DNA of 62,770 bases, the filler included, from Collodictyon triciliatum (Eukaryota): assembly GCA_043381765.1 (NCBI GenBank). It is 17 parts of 17 records of this genome, joined end to end, with 100 filler letters (N's around TTAATTAATTAA, not from the genome) between each part and the next. Parts side by side here need not be neighbours in the genome. Positions count along the whole stretch, not along the records: positions 38,072 to 41,503 come from JBHJMP010007341.1; positions 41,604 to 45,035 come from JBHJMP010007342.1; positions 45,136 to 48,566 come from JBHJMP010007343.1; positions 48,667 to 52,097 come from JBHJMP010007344.1; 13 more parts are not named here. One strand, written 5' to 3'. Position 1 is the stretch's first letter; each line of letters begins with the position of its first letter. A program made the position numbers and the translations under genes. Under the pieces are notes generated by a model. It was not told the origin of the DNA, searched no databases, and worked only from the letters and a program-made list of their open reading frames with translations. This document shows, piece by piece, positions 38,250 through 51,960 of this stretch.

Positions 38250-41200
38250 ATGGACGTAAAGTCGTTGTATGATTCCTTCGTCGAGTCCTTTGGCAAGGGC
38301 AAATATTCAGAGGGTATTCGCACTTGCACAAAGATTCTGGACCGGGAAACTCGCCCTGAAAAGCGCGTTGTGCATTTTTTGTGAGTATCTCAAATACATA
38401 ATTCTTTCACGACCAGGTGTCTATGTAAGCCCTCAACTTGCCACAAAGGATCTTTCATTCTACTTGAACTATTGATATTTTGGTTCACATCTTCCGATCC
38501 TGTCAAAGTCACAATAAAAGATTCTATTGATCGTACGACCTACTGCGATCGCTATAAACCCTCTGCCCTTTCCATATTTCTCCATCTCTTTTTTTCAATC
38601 TTTCAATCCATTTGGTTTACTTATTTATTTTTTGGCTATTTTCTTATATTTTATCTTTCGTCAATCGAAATGGCTCTTTCCCTCTTTCGATCGCTTGTTT
38701 CTTTGTCAGTACAGCATATCTTGATCACAAGCACAAACAACGATGTCGTATCACAGCAGTAAATCCACACTCACTCTGCTTAGACAGCCGTCAAATCTAC
38801 CAAATTCTATCCTGTTATCCCTTAATTTCTTTATTCCTTTATATCACTTGTTCATTTAGAAACCGTGCCGTCTGCTACTTCAACTCTGACATGCACAAGA
38901 AGTGTGTTCAGGACTGTGATGCTGCGATTGCCATAGACCCAAACTACATCCGCGCGTATGTTCGAAAAGGCAAGACTATTCTAAACCCATCCGCACCAGC
39001 CAGCTCTGTGTTATATTTTCCTCCTTTTTCTTCTTCTTCTTCCCCAGTGCACTAAAGTTCAATTTGCCACACACTTGATGCAAACGGGATATCTTCACAG
39101 GCCAGTCCCTGTGGAGATTGGGAAAGCAGAAAGAAGCCAACGAGGTATGGAAGTCTGCCACGCAAATTCCTGGAGACATCGATTATCGGATGCACGCTGT
39201 TTGGCACCTAGACAACGGCTTCGACAGCGATGTTGTAGGCAGCATTTCCCCGACTCCGTCCAAGCAGATGGTCTCTACATCTCAGTCTCCTGTCTCTGAC
39301 AGTGGGTCGTCGGTTGTGCCGAAGGCTGAGTCATCCTCGTCCTCTGTTGCAGCAACAGATACTTCCCAGCCAAAGAAAGCAGCCTTTTCAGACATTATTG
39401 CAAATGGGCTTGCTGACTCCATGGAGGATATCCGCATCGATGGTAAAGTCCTGACATCGCAGGAGGCACTCATGCTGGCCTCTTTCCAGACAAACATCAA
39501 ACACTCTTCTGGGGACCCATCGTATGATAAATATCTTGGTAATGATTTCTCCATAGTTACCGCTTGGCTTCCATATTAATATGCTTAATTTTCATTATTT
39601 TGTACCTGCACAACATACTTTGATGAAGCACCAATTTACCCCATATATTTTTCAACACTTTATGCAATATTCATATCGAACTTATAAATGGTGGATTTTC
39701 TCTCTCTCCATCCTAACTCTCACCTCAGCCATGGGATACTTGTGTGTAAACACCGCTCGCTTGGATGTTGCTACCCGCATCTTCGACGCCCTGATTCAAG
39801 AGAATCCCAAGATTATTGCGGCATACATCGGTCGTGGAACTGCTTATGCTCTTCGCGGAGAATTTCTCAGGGTACGCTAAACTATTTCTTTTTCGTTTCA
39901 TTTTGCTATATCTTGATTTATCTTGGACTTATTCTGCCCGATCTTGTTTTGGGTTTGGTTTGGCCTCGATAGTTTTTTAACTTCCTTAGTATTCTTTCAC
40001 TTACACCACCGTTCTTGTCACATCCGCACGAAATCCGTCTCTCCTGATAACTGCATCGACAAAAAAATAAATAATAATAATATCAAAATACTGACCATTC
40101 ACGCGTGGGTGTAAATAAAATCTAGGCTGTCGAAGACTTCTCTTCTGCCCTCGAAATTGACAAGACTGTGGTGGAAGCCTGGAAGCGTAGAGGACAAGTA
40201 ATACTATCAATCCACCAACTGAAAATTCTCTGCTAATTTTTAACCAGTCTCTAATTTTGATTATGACTGCGATGTTAAATATTTGAACTCATGACAGCAT
40301 AGCTCTGTAAGCCGCATGTATCGATTTCAATGGATTGAATTACTTTAGGTACATGCTGCGATGGGTCTTGAAAAGGAATCACTAGCTGATATGAATGAAG
40401 CAGTTAACCTAGTTGGAGATTCTGAAAGTTATCAGCAACGCGGAAACGTCTACCAAAGACAGGTATAACTCTCTCCCAACCCCCAACCCCCCAATTGTCT
40501 TCCTTTTTTTTTAATGTCCTCCATATTTGTAACTATAGTATCACATTGCTTATTTATTGAAAATTTTCTATCGGTAAAACTAGAAAAATTACCGCCGTGC
40601 ATTGGCAGACTTCCGAAAGGCCTATGAATTTGAGCCGGATAGCAAAATGTTTTATTTTCCTCTAATATATCAAATGAAAAAATGTAGTACTTTATCAACC
40701 TAGACTCTAAATCTGCAAATTGCTAATATTTTCAATTATTATTTTTTTTTGCCGCAGTGTCATTGGTTTTCTGGCTTTGAACGAGTACTGCACCGGAAAC
40801 GTCCTTGTGGTTGAGATTAATTCAATAAATATTGCCCTCTACTCGAATACATATCTTAAGCGAAATAGTCCCACTCAAATCACACGAACTCACAACTAGG
40901 GAATCGAATACTACAAGCGCCTCTTAGAAATGGACCCTAATGTTCGAGACCCATATGTCAGCATTGGACAGGTTCAAAAGATTAAATTACTCAAAATCTA
41001 TATTAAATTCAAAAAAAAAAAAACACAAAATGAATTTTCATTTTCAATTATGGTAAGTTTTGAGTGCCGAACTTAATTGCAAACCCCTAGGCATACAAGG
41101 ATTACGGTGATTTCGAGAACTCCAAGACATATCTGGAGAGGGTATATAAATGATAGTATATTACCCACAGAAAATCATTTACTCATTTTTTTGATACAAT

Positions 41201-41503
41201 TGGGAAGCAAGGGTGTTAATAAGATGGATTAATTATAGGGCATCGAGCTCGACCCCAATCATGCACAGTTGCGCCATATTTACGCGATGGCCTTGTAATG
41301 CACTTATCTAGTTCTAGACAAACTTGAAATAGCTATGCTCTGCAATAAACGAAAGGAAGGATATATACAACGCAACGCACTTTCGTCTACCTTAATACAT
41401 TCGCTTCAAATAGTTACGGCACCGGACGATACACGGAAGCAATCACTAACTTCTCGAAAGTTCTTGAAATTGATCCCAACTACAATGAAGCCATACATAT
41501 GAG
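38250..41503 (+). CDS. TPR protein of the SRFR1 / TTC13 family (3' truncated)
   Basis: NRAVCYFNSDMHKKCVQDCDAAI...AYVRKGQSLWRLGKQKEA and AYIGRGTAYALRGEFLRAVEDFSSAL...EAWKRRGQVHAAMG closely follow Arabidopsis SRFR1 as recalled (NRAFCY..LELHKHVIKDCDKAL; ALIGRGTAYAF...EAWKRRGQARAALG). Confidence 0.85.
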
Positions 41504-41657
41504 NNNNNNNNNNNNNNNNNNNNNNNNNNNNNNNNNNNNNNNNNNNNTTAATTAATTAANNNNNNNNNNNNNNNNNNNNNNNNNNNNNNNNNNNNNNNNN
41601 NNNGTTATTTTCTGTTTCTGCAATTTGACGAGCCTGTCTTTCACAGGCTTCCCTCAC

Positions 41658-43228
41658 CTCTGCACTTTGTTTGGCGAGAATGGCCGCCTAGTGATGCACA
41701 TGTACGAAATAAGAGAGATAAAAAAAAAAAACAAAAAACAAACCAAACACAAATGAAAATATACAAAACAAAACAAAACAAAACAAAACAAAACAAAACA
41801 AAACAAAACAAAACAAAACAAAACAAAACAAAACAAAACAAAACAAAACACACATGAAAAGAAATAAATAAAAATACTAGAATATCTTACAAGGAAATAC
41901 AAGAAAAATAATTTTTCATGAAAACAGCAGTCATATGATTTTTGTATACACAATCAACTATTTATGAGGGATGGGGCCACCTGGAATCGCTCATTGGCGA
42001 GACGAAGCTCCTGTTTTAGTTCAATGACGGGCTATGGGGAGTAGCATTAATGGAAAGTTAATGCCAGCGGTATTTCTTCAAGTATATAATTTATATTATG
42101 TCTGCCTATATCGATACCTGAGAACTTTCTGAAATGAGTTTCTTTAAGTCTTCAATTAGATTTTTCCTGTTTGCCAATTGTTCTTCAAGTTGTGGTATGC
42201 GCTGGACATATATGTGCTACAGCAAAAGACGCAAGTAAATTAAAGAATAATGTAGCAAAAAGGATAGTTAAATAATAATAAAAAGATTGTAAACAGATGG
42301 TAAAAAATTTAATAAACTTTTCAAAATTAGAAAAAAATTCAGACTGATTTTCAGGTGACTGATGTTTGATTTCTGAAAAATAGGTAAAACAATAAAAAAA
42401 AAAAAAAGAAAGAAGAAGAAAAGAAAAGAATATCTATAAACCTGTTCTTTGTAGAGTTGAGTCAAGCGATGAAATCGCTCTTGCAAGCTGCGATAGTCTT
42501 GAGACACAGCACTCTCTTTTGAAATGGATCGCTGAATATACACAAAATTCATATCTTAATAAGTTATTTATGTATCACGCATGCATAGTGATGCAAATAC
42601 CTCTAGTTCAATAATCCTTTCCTGCAATGACATAATTTGAACATCTTTCTGATGGACAAGGGCATCAACGTTTTGGTCTCTCGTTTTACTATGCGATGGA
42701 GTTATTCTGTCTAGAAGAATCTTCCTGTGCCAAAAAAAAAATACCAAAAAATAAACTCTATTAGTCTCCAGATGATAAAAGGATAAACTAAAAAAATAAA
42801 AATAAAAATAAAAATAAAAATAAAAATAAAAATAAAAATAAAAATAAAAATAAAAATAAAAATAAAAATAAAAATAAAAATAAAAATAAACCAAAAAACA
42901 AAACATAAGTTGTGCTTGAAAGATATAATATAACTAACGCATCAATTTATGAGGAAAAAACCTAAATAAAATCGATGCTATCACGAGAAGAACACGTGCA
43001 CGTAACTTCGGAAGACGCTGTCTCTTTTTCTCATTCATTTCATATGTCATTTCAGTTGGGTTTTGAAGGCGAACCCCGGACATGAACTCTACTGCGCTCT
43101 TCTCTCTATATGGAGACGAGCAGGTATGTGTTGTAGATAATTAAAAATGATTCAACGGGGCAGATATTATGTTTTCCCCTTCCTCTGACAGAAAATGTTA
43201 TCACTAGCATTTTCCTCTCAAAACTTCG

Positions 43229-43276
<48 letters not shown>

Positions 43277-44868
43277 ATCAAGCAAAATATGGGGTAAAAA
43301 AAAAAAAAAAAAAAAAAAGGGACAAGAGGGGATGTAAATAGATTTGAAGTTAACGCACTTACACGTATTTATATTCGGATATTTCTCGGACGAGATAGTA
43401 CTTTTGAAAAATAAGATTATTGACACGTTTATATAGACGTTGTAAATCATCATGGTGGACCGCAGAGATCTTCAGGATGAAATGATAACAGGATGAATGT
43501 TAGAATCATTTATTGATTTGTAGTTAGTATGCTATATAATTAATTTTGAAAGCTATGTAAACGTTTGGATTTGAAAACCTCATCTTTCCTCTGAGAGGCT
43601 GCTTGAATTTGCAACAAAAAGATGATATTGAAATTAGCATGTATGGATTCGGTATATAAATAATTTTTTTTTTTTTTAATGAATGAGACAAGCATACGTA
43701 TGTGTTTTGCATTATTGTTATTTTTGAAGAAAAAGAAAAAGGAGCTCACTTTCGACAGCTTTAGCTACTTCTGATTTGATAGTTGATATATCTAAATCAA
43801 TAGTTTGCGAGCATGATTTATTAAATATCAAGAAGAGGTCATGTAGTAGCGAGTTGAATCTAATTTTTCAAACAGTGAGTTGAATTCTATCGAAATGCTT
43901 TCCGTATATCACCATAATATGAGTATTTTTCATACTTTGCCAGGTTTTGCTGTGCATATGATTCAGCCTTTGCAGATTCAACGAGTGAAGCATGCACACT
44001 TTTAATTCTTTCCTGTTTTTTTTTTTTTTAAATTTTTTTATCATTAGCCATAGATCTACCTACTAGTTTCATAATTTTCTTTTTTAAAAACTCATTTCAA
44101 TCATAAGACTTGAAAACCAGCCAACCTCACTTTTAGAAGCATGTGTTTTGAATTCCTCCTCTAAATGGGTGTATTTTAATGAGAGTTCCATAAAATTTTC
44201 ATGATTTTTAGCGATTTTAGAATCCTTTTCTGACGATGAAGCTCTATATAATTTTTTTTAAATACCATTTTAGTAACATACACATATGCTCAGCCTGTAA
44301 TGTACATTCACATATAATGAGCGTATGGATACCTTAATTGATCAATATTTTGATTGAGTGATTGAAGCCTTTCGCATATTTGACTTTCATCAATCGAATT
44401 TCCACTGCTAATAAAGAAAGGAAAAGGCAATAAGAAAAGTAGAACAGTGTTTTTTTTTTCTGTTTCAAAGGACGATGGACACACAAATTACATTATACCT
44501 AGCGTCAATACCGAGCAAACTTCTTATATTTTTGATAAATTCAAAGGAGAAGTGTGCAGTCCCTCCATTCTCATCTTCATCTTGATTTTATCGCGTAATA
44601 GGCAAAATATGTCGAGTCATATTTCATCGATAAAAGTGGTCACAATAAAATAGCATTTAAATTCATGACCTAAATTTACTTTAAACATTTGATAGCTATT
44701 GAAGCATACTCTCTGTATGAGCTTCCTCAAGACTACTAGTTGGCACAGCCTCTGAATTCGAAGCGTCATCCATCGTGGTTGATACAGAAACCTGGGCAGC
44801 CTGAGAATGAAGTTCCTTGAACGAGGCATATGGAGACCTTTCCAGCTTAACTAGTGATGACTTACAAT
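41658..44868 (-). CDS. Coiled-coil protein with an internal PACT-like motif (partial at both ends)
   Basis: About 14 exons, mostly in consistent phase. Exons 43469-43363 and 43105-42962 give LYKRVNNLIFQKYYLVREISEYKYVEKSAVEFM...RLPKLRARVLLVIASILFRKIL. Confidence 0.65.
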
Positions 44869-45135
44869 CTATTGAATAAGATTGAGTTCTAATTGCTTTC
44901 AAAGTTAAAAAAAGTAGAAAAGTAGAAAAGTAGAAAAGTAGAAAAGTAGAAAAGTAGAAAAGTAGAAAAGTAGAAAAGTAGAAAAGTAGAAAAGTAGAAA
45001 AGTAGAAAAGTAGAAAAGTAGAAAAGTAGAAAAGTNNNNNNNNNNNNNNNNNNNNNNNNNNNNNNNNNNNNNNNNNNNNTTAATTAATTAANNNNNNNNN
45101 NNNNNNNNNNNNNNNNNNNNNNNNNNNNNNNNNNN

Positions 45136-45232
45136 CGTCTTCCGTGAAGATCCTCTCCAGGTCTACACTGGGCTGGTCAAGGATCGAGTCGATCGCGGAG
45201 GGAGCGTGGTAGCCAAAGCGCCAGAACATCAT
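45136..45232 (-). CDS. PP6 regulatory subunit / SIT4-associated protein (SAPS), extreme N-terminus
   Basis: MFWRFGYHAPSAIDSILDQPSVDLERIFTED matches the conserved SAPS start MFW[KR]F...S.ID..L....L..L..E[ED]. Confidence 0.85.
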
Positions 45233-46994
45233 TTTCTGTTTAGTTCTATTGTCACGGGGGCATGTGAGCTTCATAAGAGTACTCTGAAGACATTGTGGAT
45301 TTTATTATTCTTTGTTCAAGCTCAAGACTGAAATACTCAACCTTGAAAAGGATGTAGAATATTTAATAAAGGAAGCGTAAAGTCATGCTTCCTTAAATAC
45401 TGTTTTGATAAAAGTTTTTTTTTGTTATTTTGGTTCTTTTGATTCTTTTTCCCCAGTCTTTTTTTTTTTAAATTCCCATTCTTATTAAAGTGCAAGTTGG
45501 GAAGGATGAGAGTAACAGGTAGTAATTTGAATCAATAACGAATTGATACTCAGATCACTGTTATCTCAGACTTGGTTTTTTTCAAGTCGGATTAGCTCCA
45601 CACTTCAAAGTAATTTGTGTCTATCATGAAAGGCCAACTGAAAGACTTGAGTGAGAAAGATCCAGTCCAGGAGTATTAAAAGGGGGACAAGGGAAGAAGC
45701 TGGGAGGTGAGGTAGTCTTCTCATATTGAGGCAGAGGCTGTATGTTCGATCGCTGTTTGGAAGAAGTTTGTGGCAAAATATTCGGACCTCGGAGAAGGAG
45801 TAATGGGGAGAACAGATCACTCAAAAACAAAGTGCGCTACGAGAGGCGCAAGCCTTGATGCTGATTGTTTAGTTATTGCTGTGCAATTCTTGTGGGTAGA
45901 TCAAGAACTTAAGGGAGAACAAATACATTATAATTAGGTGTTAAAGAAAAAATGGCGGGTTGGTTGGTTGGTGGTTGGACAGCAATAAATAACCGCAGTG
46001 GCCCGCTTTTGCTTTTTGGTTGGTTTGTTTTTTTTCTGGTTGGAAGTGTTCCATATTATTTCGCAGAGGCGCTGAATGATTTAGCGTTCTTGTTGGACAT
46101 GAAAGAATGGTTGATATGGTACCTAAAAAATAGGTGATATTGTAATGGTTGCAACCCACGATCGCAGCCGACTTTGCGCTGAAGGCGACAAACCCCTGAA
46201 AGGTGATTAATCTCTGGGCGTGATTAGTTGTGGCCCTAGTTCGTTACGATGTCTATTAAGAAGTAACACATTTGGAAATAGAGCCGTTGGCGGTGTGGTC
46301 ATCTGTGCGAAAAGTTGGGGTGGGCTTCGTCACAGACTTCGTAATCAATTTTGCTGATTTGGTGAAGCAGTAATCTTCTTTTTCATATCCCCTTTTCTGG
46401 ATACGATTGGAACTGAAACACTGACATTAAGTTGGGTTCCAGGAAATGGTGTGGCAATGATTTTAGTTGATACTAATGATAATATATATTTGTGTTACAT
46501 TATTTTGATCTTTTGTAGAAAAATAAATATTATTAAAAAAATAAAACTATAAATTATAATAAATTCCATATTTAATACAATTAGTACCGAATCTTTTTTT
46601 TCTTTCTCTCACCTCGTTTGCATTTGTGGACGAAGCAATTCAAATTTCATCACATTCCCATACCCAAACAAATGCGTCAACGCTGGCAGAACAAATCAAG
46701 CACGGACACAAACCAGACACAGTCAAACTGTGATCGGTTGCACAAAGCCTTTTCTTGCCAGGCGGTTTTGAGAGGATGGCAATAGAGTCCGCCAGGAATA
46801 AGCATACAAACACGAACACGAACACGAACACGAACACAAACACAAACACAAACACAAACACAAACACAAACACAAACACAAAGTATAATTTTTTTTTTAA
46901 AGAAAAGGACTGAAGACAATAGTTTACTCAATAAAAGACACAACCAATCAGGTCAGGTGCAAGTAAGACAAACGCCACTTCTCCAAAAAAAAAG

Positions 46995-48566
46995 ATGAAG
47001 GCGCTTATTCTTGTCGGTGGATTTGGAACCCGTCTCCGTCCTTTGACGCTGTCTATCCCGAAGCCTCTTGTGGAGTTTGCAAACAAGCCCATGGTCGTCC
47101 ATCAAATCGAAGCCTTGAAGAAGGTTTGCCAATAGCTGATAATTACCTTTAGCATATTGTAGCTCTTGTACATTTTATTGTGGCATATTTTATTCTTTTG
47201 TCTATTCGTTTACACATGTGTCGCAACTATCTATTCTCCTGTGCATTTTCTTTAATGGCCTTCGTTACTTTTGATTTTAGGTTGGTTGCACAGAGGTTAT
47301 TCTGGCCATCAACTATCAGCCTCACCTGATGTCTGAAGCCTTGGCCCCTTATGAAGAGAAGGTATATCCCACTAAGTCATAGTTAACTCAGCATACCTCT
47401 GTCAAAGTTGTTTTGATTTAAGTAACAAAATTCAACACACACACCCAAAACAACGACCATTCACCTTTGAATCAGATAAAGGAACCCCAAAAAAACCCCT
47501 AAAATAACAAAAAAGAAAGAACCCAAAAGCCTAAACCCCAAAACCCAAAACCCAAAACCCAAAACCCAAAACCCAAAACCCAAAACCCAAAACCCAAAAC
47601 CCAAAAACAAAAAACAAAAAACAAAAGCAAAGGACCAAGCAACAGCCGAAAATTTTTAAAATAAGGAATACCTGATAATGTATGAGGGAGATGTTCACGA
47701 AATATCATGTGGATATTGATTTTCCTTTTTCTAATCTGATACCTCTCCTTTTGTTTTCTTTGACCCAGATCGGAATTAAGATCTCATACTCGCGAGAGAC
47801 CACGCCGCTTGGAACTGCTGGACCGATCGCTCTCGCCCGTGATCTCCTGCGCGACGGAGAACCTTTCTTTGTTCTCAACAGTGATGTCATCTGCGAATTC
47901 CCTCTGGAGGACCTCCTCAAGTTCCACCGTGCACACGGAAAAGAAGGAACAATCATGGTCTGTTGTCTTCTTATGTAAACATACTCCATATTACCATGAC
48001 TAGCTCATAAGACAAGGCCTATCAATGAGCTAATTGTATATCTCCTCCTACAACTGTTAATGGGTCTATTTTCGGACTCTTTTTTGTTGTAATATGAACA
48101 CCATATTTTCATTCCTCTTGTTTGATGAGAGAGAAAAATCAACACCTTGTCTTCCTTGAAGTAACCGCATACAAGCTAAATCATTATGACAAAATCTCAC
48201 GTCGTCTGTTTATAGGTTACCAAAGTTGAGGAGCCTTCAAAATATGGTGTTGTTGTGTCGGATGCCGACGGTAAAATCAACCGCTTTGTGGAAAAGCCAG
48301 AGAAAGAATATGTTGGAAACAAGATCAATGCTGGACTCTACATCTTCAACCCTGCCATTCTCGATCGCATCGATGTATATATTCATATATTACTAGAAGC
48401 CATATTATTTTAGCTATTACGGCCTGTGGGGAGGCAATCAACGACATGAATCTGCTCTATTCTACTTACTATAGTATCACATGATTTCCAACGTGATCAA
48501 GTTGCACTAAATGCCCGTCCTGATTCAAAGGTTCGCCCTACAAGTATCGAGAAAGAAATCTTCCCT
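46995..48566 (+). CDS. GMPPB: Mannose-1-phosphate guanylyltransferase (GDP-mannose pyrophosphorylase), 3' truncated
   Basis: [91 protein letters not shown] across 5 exons. Confidence 0.97.
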
Positions 48567-49669
48567 NNNNNNNNNNNNNNNNNNNNNNNNNNNNNNNNNN
48601 NNNNNNNNNNTTAATTAATTAANNNNNNNNNNNNNNNNNNNNNNNNNNNNNNNNNNNNNNNNNNNNTTTATTTTCGCGACAAATTATGTATAATTCATAA
48701 AAAATTGTACATGTTAAGACATAATCAATGAATCTTTCTTCATTTCGCGGCAAAACCAGTCAAATCTGTCAAATCTATGTCGCGTCTAACAAAAAAAAAA
48801 TGAAGAAATCGATGAAGAATTGATAGTGTGATGGAAGAGATGGATTGGTTTGCAATATGTGCATTCATTTTCATATTCCTAGCTATATTAACTTTGTAGA
48901 TAGTCACTAACCCGCTTATTCAGATATCCAAGACACAAGCCCCATTTTTTCCACATTTGCTCCGTCCAGCATTTTTCCTATGTTTTTTTGCTTTGGATTT
49001 TTCTGCTCGACTAAAATTTCTTACAAGAAAAAACAATTTACCCATGTCTTTGTACTTCAATATAAAAATAAGTAACACCTTATATGCGACACAAAAAACC
49101 TTGTTCCGAGCCTTTAAAAAACAAACCGGCTCACTGGTGCACATAGCAGATCACTCAACCAGCACTTTCCCACCGACGAAAGCACACAGACAGCCAAGAA
49201 CAAAAGCCAAAGACTGGCACAACACAACTGATCTATCGAATCCCTTTTGCTTGGACACTCATTCATTTTACCACATAAACAACAGTATCAACACATGCCA
49301 AGCAAACTGAAGAAACCAACGTGAAAATATAGCTTTATTTTTTCTTGAAAAAGGCAAAGGTTTAACCTTAAGCAAGTTTGATATTTTATTTCAAATTGAT
49401 ATCTTATTTCAAAAAGCCAAAAGACTTTATCGAGAGAGGGGTAGTCTGTCGGATGCTGGGAAATAATGCAAACTATAAAAGATACAAGCAAGGACACAAA
49501 ACGATTCCTTCCAGCAAACCTATATGTGTTTGGCTTAGTCCTTGCCTTGTTTAATATCTGGTTCTACCATTACTCATCATCCCACAACTCAAAAAACTCT
49601 TGAAAACTCAATTGCGTATCCAAATAATAAAGAATTCAAGTTTTCTAATTTTATGTGTCAATTTTGTCA

Positions 49670-51960
49670 GGTCCATTTATACAGCAACCTGCAAGCCAAG
49701 AAGAAACGGGACTATTCAAGTTGTGGAGCATCCTGTAGCAGAGAATTTTTGGCCATGCATCCACACTTTCTGAGCTACCCAACTCTCCATATTCACTCTA
49801 TTCTTTTATCTTCATATCTATAGCTTTAGAATTATTATTATTTATGGTGTATATTGGACTCTAATCCCGTCACGTGCAGCTTGGGATAATTTTCACGGGC
49901 ATGACAGCGACTGAGACATTGGTTACTCTGTTGTCCACATCGCACTCTCTTGGATGGATTTATCCAAAGACGCAAACATCAAGTACATCTCATTTAGCCA
50001 CATACTTGCCATCATTTCAGTTATTTTGATCTTTTCGCCTATTTCTTCTCAACTCAGGCTTTTTATGGGATTCATTTACTAGTGAAAAAATACAACATAT
50101 TCTGATCAATATAATAATTATATGCCTTCCTCCCTCTAAATTTTTTTTTATCAAGCGAAGCTGCCGTCAATTTAACATGCCTGGGAGCATACTATCAGGA
50201 TAACAGACTAAGCAACTCATCGTTTATTGTGCTCGGGGAATCGCTATGATTAAGGGAAAGTAATCAATTATCTATCATTATCTTTTTATTACCATTGTTA
50301 AGTTTTATTAATCGCAGGCCGTATCAAAATATATAACAATATGTACTTTTATTAGTCATGCTATTATAAACGATACCTAAATGACCCTCACTGTCCATAG
50401 GATAGAGAAAATGGTTGAGCTATGGCCAAAAGGGGAGGAAAAGTTTATCTGTAATGACTGCATCCCTGCGACTGAAGCTGATCATTTGGCACCAGAAATG
50501 TAATAATGTACCTTTATAATAACAAATTATATCAAAGAATCGATTTTTAATACATGCGAGATGACATAATTTTTGAATAATAATCAGATAATCCGCAACA
50601 TGAATTGTTCACTCGAACATTTGCCACCATCGAAAAGGAAGAAATCTGCGTGATAAAGAAGCGGTTACTCTATTTACTGTTTTGATATTTACTACCCATA
50701 CTTTTTTTTATATTGAATTCTTTCAACTTTAGAAACCGTTTTTATTGATCGATTCACATTTTACATCCAGCATATTACAAGCAATAGCTGACATACTGCA
50801 CAACTCCTGCAACAAAGGCAATAGTGGATTCCGTAAGAATAATGCTCTTGAATTGTCGAATAGACTCCAAAAATACATACAAATATTTATAGTTGAATTA
50901 ATTACTACACTAAACCACAATATTTTCGAAACTTAAACAAACAATTATACATTCCAAATAGTCCGGAGAAAGTCGTCCTTCAACGCGGCGCCTTTTGTCG
51001 CAAAATTACACTTCAATTAGTCGTATTTAAGTATGACACACTTTGCATGACTTAATACTTAATTCCTTTGATTATATAATCCTAAGAAAGTAGTAGACTC
51101 TGCTTCTTTGTTATCATTACAACATTTTCTTTATCTCACATGAGCACAAATGAAATTGGATAATGGATGTATTATAAGAATATATGTTCGAAAAATAAAG
51201 GTGATTGAATTTTACGACATGAAAAGATATTAAAATAAACATTATAGATATTGCTAGCCTTTCTACGGCGGTGTCTTCTACTCGCGTTTGCTCTCTACCA
51301 CGCGCACTTATCTCGTCCCTTTGTATGGCAAAACCGCGCTGCACTTTGAATCGAATTAAGGAACAAAAATAAATATCATCAGATATCCTTAGTTACGGAT
51401 AGAGTAATTTTAATGCTCTGTCAGTGGAATCTAACAAAAGCTTTTTATAGTAGCACCTGACGAACTAGCCAAATAGGCTCTTCTTCCCTACTTCATCGCA
51501 CAGAAGTCTTTGCGCTCGCAATTTTAGGTCATATACAAGCCATATTGTGAGATTTGTTCGTTTCATTTTTATAAGGAATATTTTTATTTATTTATATCAT
51601 ATATTGAATTATCTCAATACATAGAAACCTCCATAATTAACATATTCAACACACATTTTACAAGACAGTGGAATCTTTAGGCCAGAATTCACGAGCATTC
51701 TGATAGTAGAACAGTGTGGATCTGATCAAAATTTATCATACAAAAAGTTTGGTATGTTTCACTTCTAAAAACAAAAAAAAATTAGAATAATAAATTTCAT
51801 GATAGATAATTGTCACATGATTGATACTCAACAATTGAACACAAAATAGGCACACACTGAGTTTCAATTCGTCTAGCAAAAATATAACAAAATGATAATC
51901 AAACTTCATTCCGTGCCAATGCCCTTTTTTTCGATAAATGGTTCAACCTGGCTACTTCAT
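49670..51960 (+). other. Possible fragmented multi-exon gene or pseudogene of unknown function
   Basis: Short less-AT-rich segments bounded by AG/GT (e.g. 50401-50500 with KFICNDC). I could not build a continuous frame, and some segments contain stops. Confidence 0.25.

Noticed and set aside
45240-46990. 1.7-kb divergent intergenic region searched for tRNA, snRNA or snoRNA
   Set aside because: No cloverleaf, box C/D or Sm-type pattern that I could support by eye. An Infernal/Rfam scan would be needed.
47530-47602. (AAAACCC)n resembling a telomeric repeat
   Set aside because: It lies inside a GMPPB intron, grades into (AAAAAAC)n and belongs to a broad set of A-rich microsatellites in this genome.
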